A stretch of 64,000 nucleotides of DNA. Origin: Nemertoderma westbladi (lineage: Eukaryota; Animalia; Xenacoelomorpha). The notes below the pieces were generated by a model, which ran no database searches, had not been told where the DNA came from, and saw only the letters and a program-made list of their open reading frames with translations. Below are positions 63,179 through 64,000 of this stretch, piece after piece; within the stretch, counting starts at the first letter, position 1, and every line of letters starts with the position of its first letter. The position numbers were made by a program, and so were the translations under genes. Location: contig JAUCBJ010000145.1 of NCBI GenBank assembly GCA_032718475.1, forward strand, positions 1-64,000, written 5' to 3'.

Positions 63179-63494
63179 TATAACTTCAGGGATAATGACT
63201 GTAGAAAGGGTCTAATGCCACGGTTAACAAAAACAGTTTATATTTATATGGCCATTTCATCCTCACGGACGTCTTCACTCTTCAGTAAATAAATTAAAAT
63301 AACATTAAAACACAATAATTTATAAACTAATATATTCGGCCGTCCGTGAGGATGAAATGGCCATATAATATAAATAAAAACTGTTTTTGTTAACCGTGGC
63401 ATTAGACCCTTTCTACAGTCATTATCCCTGAAGTTATAATTATGGATACGCCACGAACGGCATCATTTCGACTTCTTTCCCATTTAAATATTAT
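63179..63494 (+). mobile_element. Short retroelement remnant with inverted 5' copy, probably Penelope-like
   Basis: 63179-63272 is inverted relative to 63341-63438. 13-bp TSD AGATTATCATTGG at 63166-63178 and 63495-63507. The tail starts a frame MDTPRTASFRLLSHLN. Confidence 0.65.
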
Positions 63495-64000
63495 AGATTA
63501 TCATTGGCGTTCAATGAAAAATGTGTGCAAAAATGTGAGTTTCCGTCTGCAATTAGCAGTAGGTATTAATTTGTCGTTTAGTAAATACAACACTTAAATT
63601 AATATCCTAAATTCTATTAGCGGTGACCGGACACCTAGTACCCCCAATCGACTTAGTGGTGCTGCTTGTAGACTAGTGTTGTGCCGGTACTGGTATTTCA
63701 GGTACAGGTACTGGAAAATTTCATCCCAACAACCGGTATATACTTGTTGCTATTTTAATGAACACGTTTATGGTACCGGTATATAGTCTCTTTTCACCTA
63801 TTTACAATATATTTGCAATTTTATAAAGATGCAACTTGTTTAAAAGTATGGGAAATTATGTTTAACACAAAATAATGGAAATTATGTTGGGAAACAACAT
63901 TATACTAAAAAAATATTTCAATATTTAATTTACTTTCGCTACCCTAAGTATACAGAAGCGTTTTCGATTTCGACTGAAAACCACACAAAAGCAATAATTA

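Noticed and set aside
63255-63290. Hammerhead on the minus strand (CTGAAGAG...GAAGACGTC)
   Set aside because: No stem II and no intact GAAA core.

Overview
AT-rich, repeat-dense eukaryotic DNA from an invertebrate animal; it is not prokaryotic and has no CRISPR array. There are three host genes: an unidentified multi-exon gene with a 3.4-kb low-complexity last exon (minus strand, 19.2-26.5 kb), an intronless spire (minus, 42.7-45.1 kb) and the first coding exon of cullin-1 (plus, 59.2-60.0 kb). The rest is mobile or repetitive DNA: a decayed BEL/Pao LTR retrotransposon, three Penelope-like remnants (two with hammerhead-ribozyme motifs), LINE fragments (CR1/L2, RTE), a tRNA-derived SINE, many MITEs with readable target-site duplications (TSDs; hAT, MULE, Harbinger, Tc1, EnSpm), Helentron-associated repeats, a 2-kb segmental duplication and three satellites. 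The most striking unlabelled signal is a pervasive set of 5-6 bp insertions of the form TA-[CAG/CTG/CGG/CCGG/GGCC]-TA. They are visible by comparing repeat copies, look like DNA-transposon excision footprints, and appear concentrated upstream of the host genes. All coordinates and family assignments were read by eye; no searches were run.
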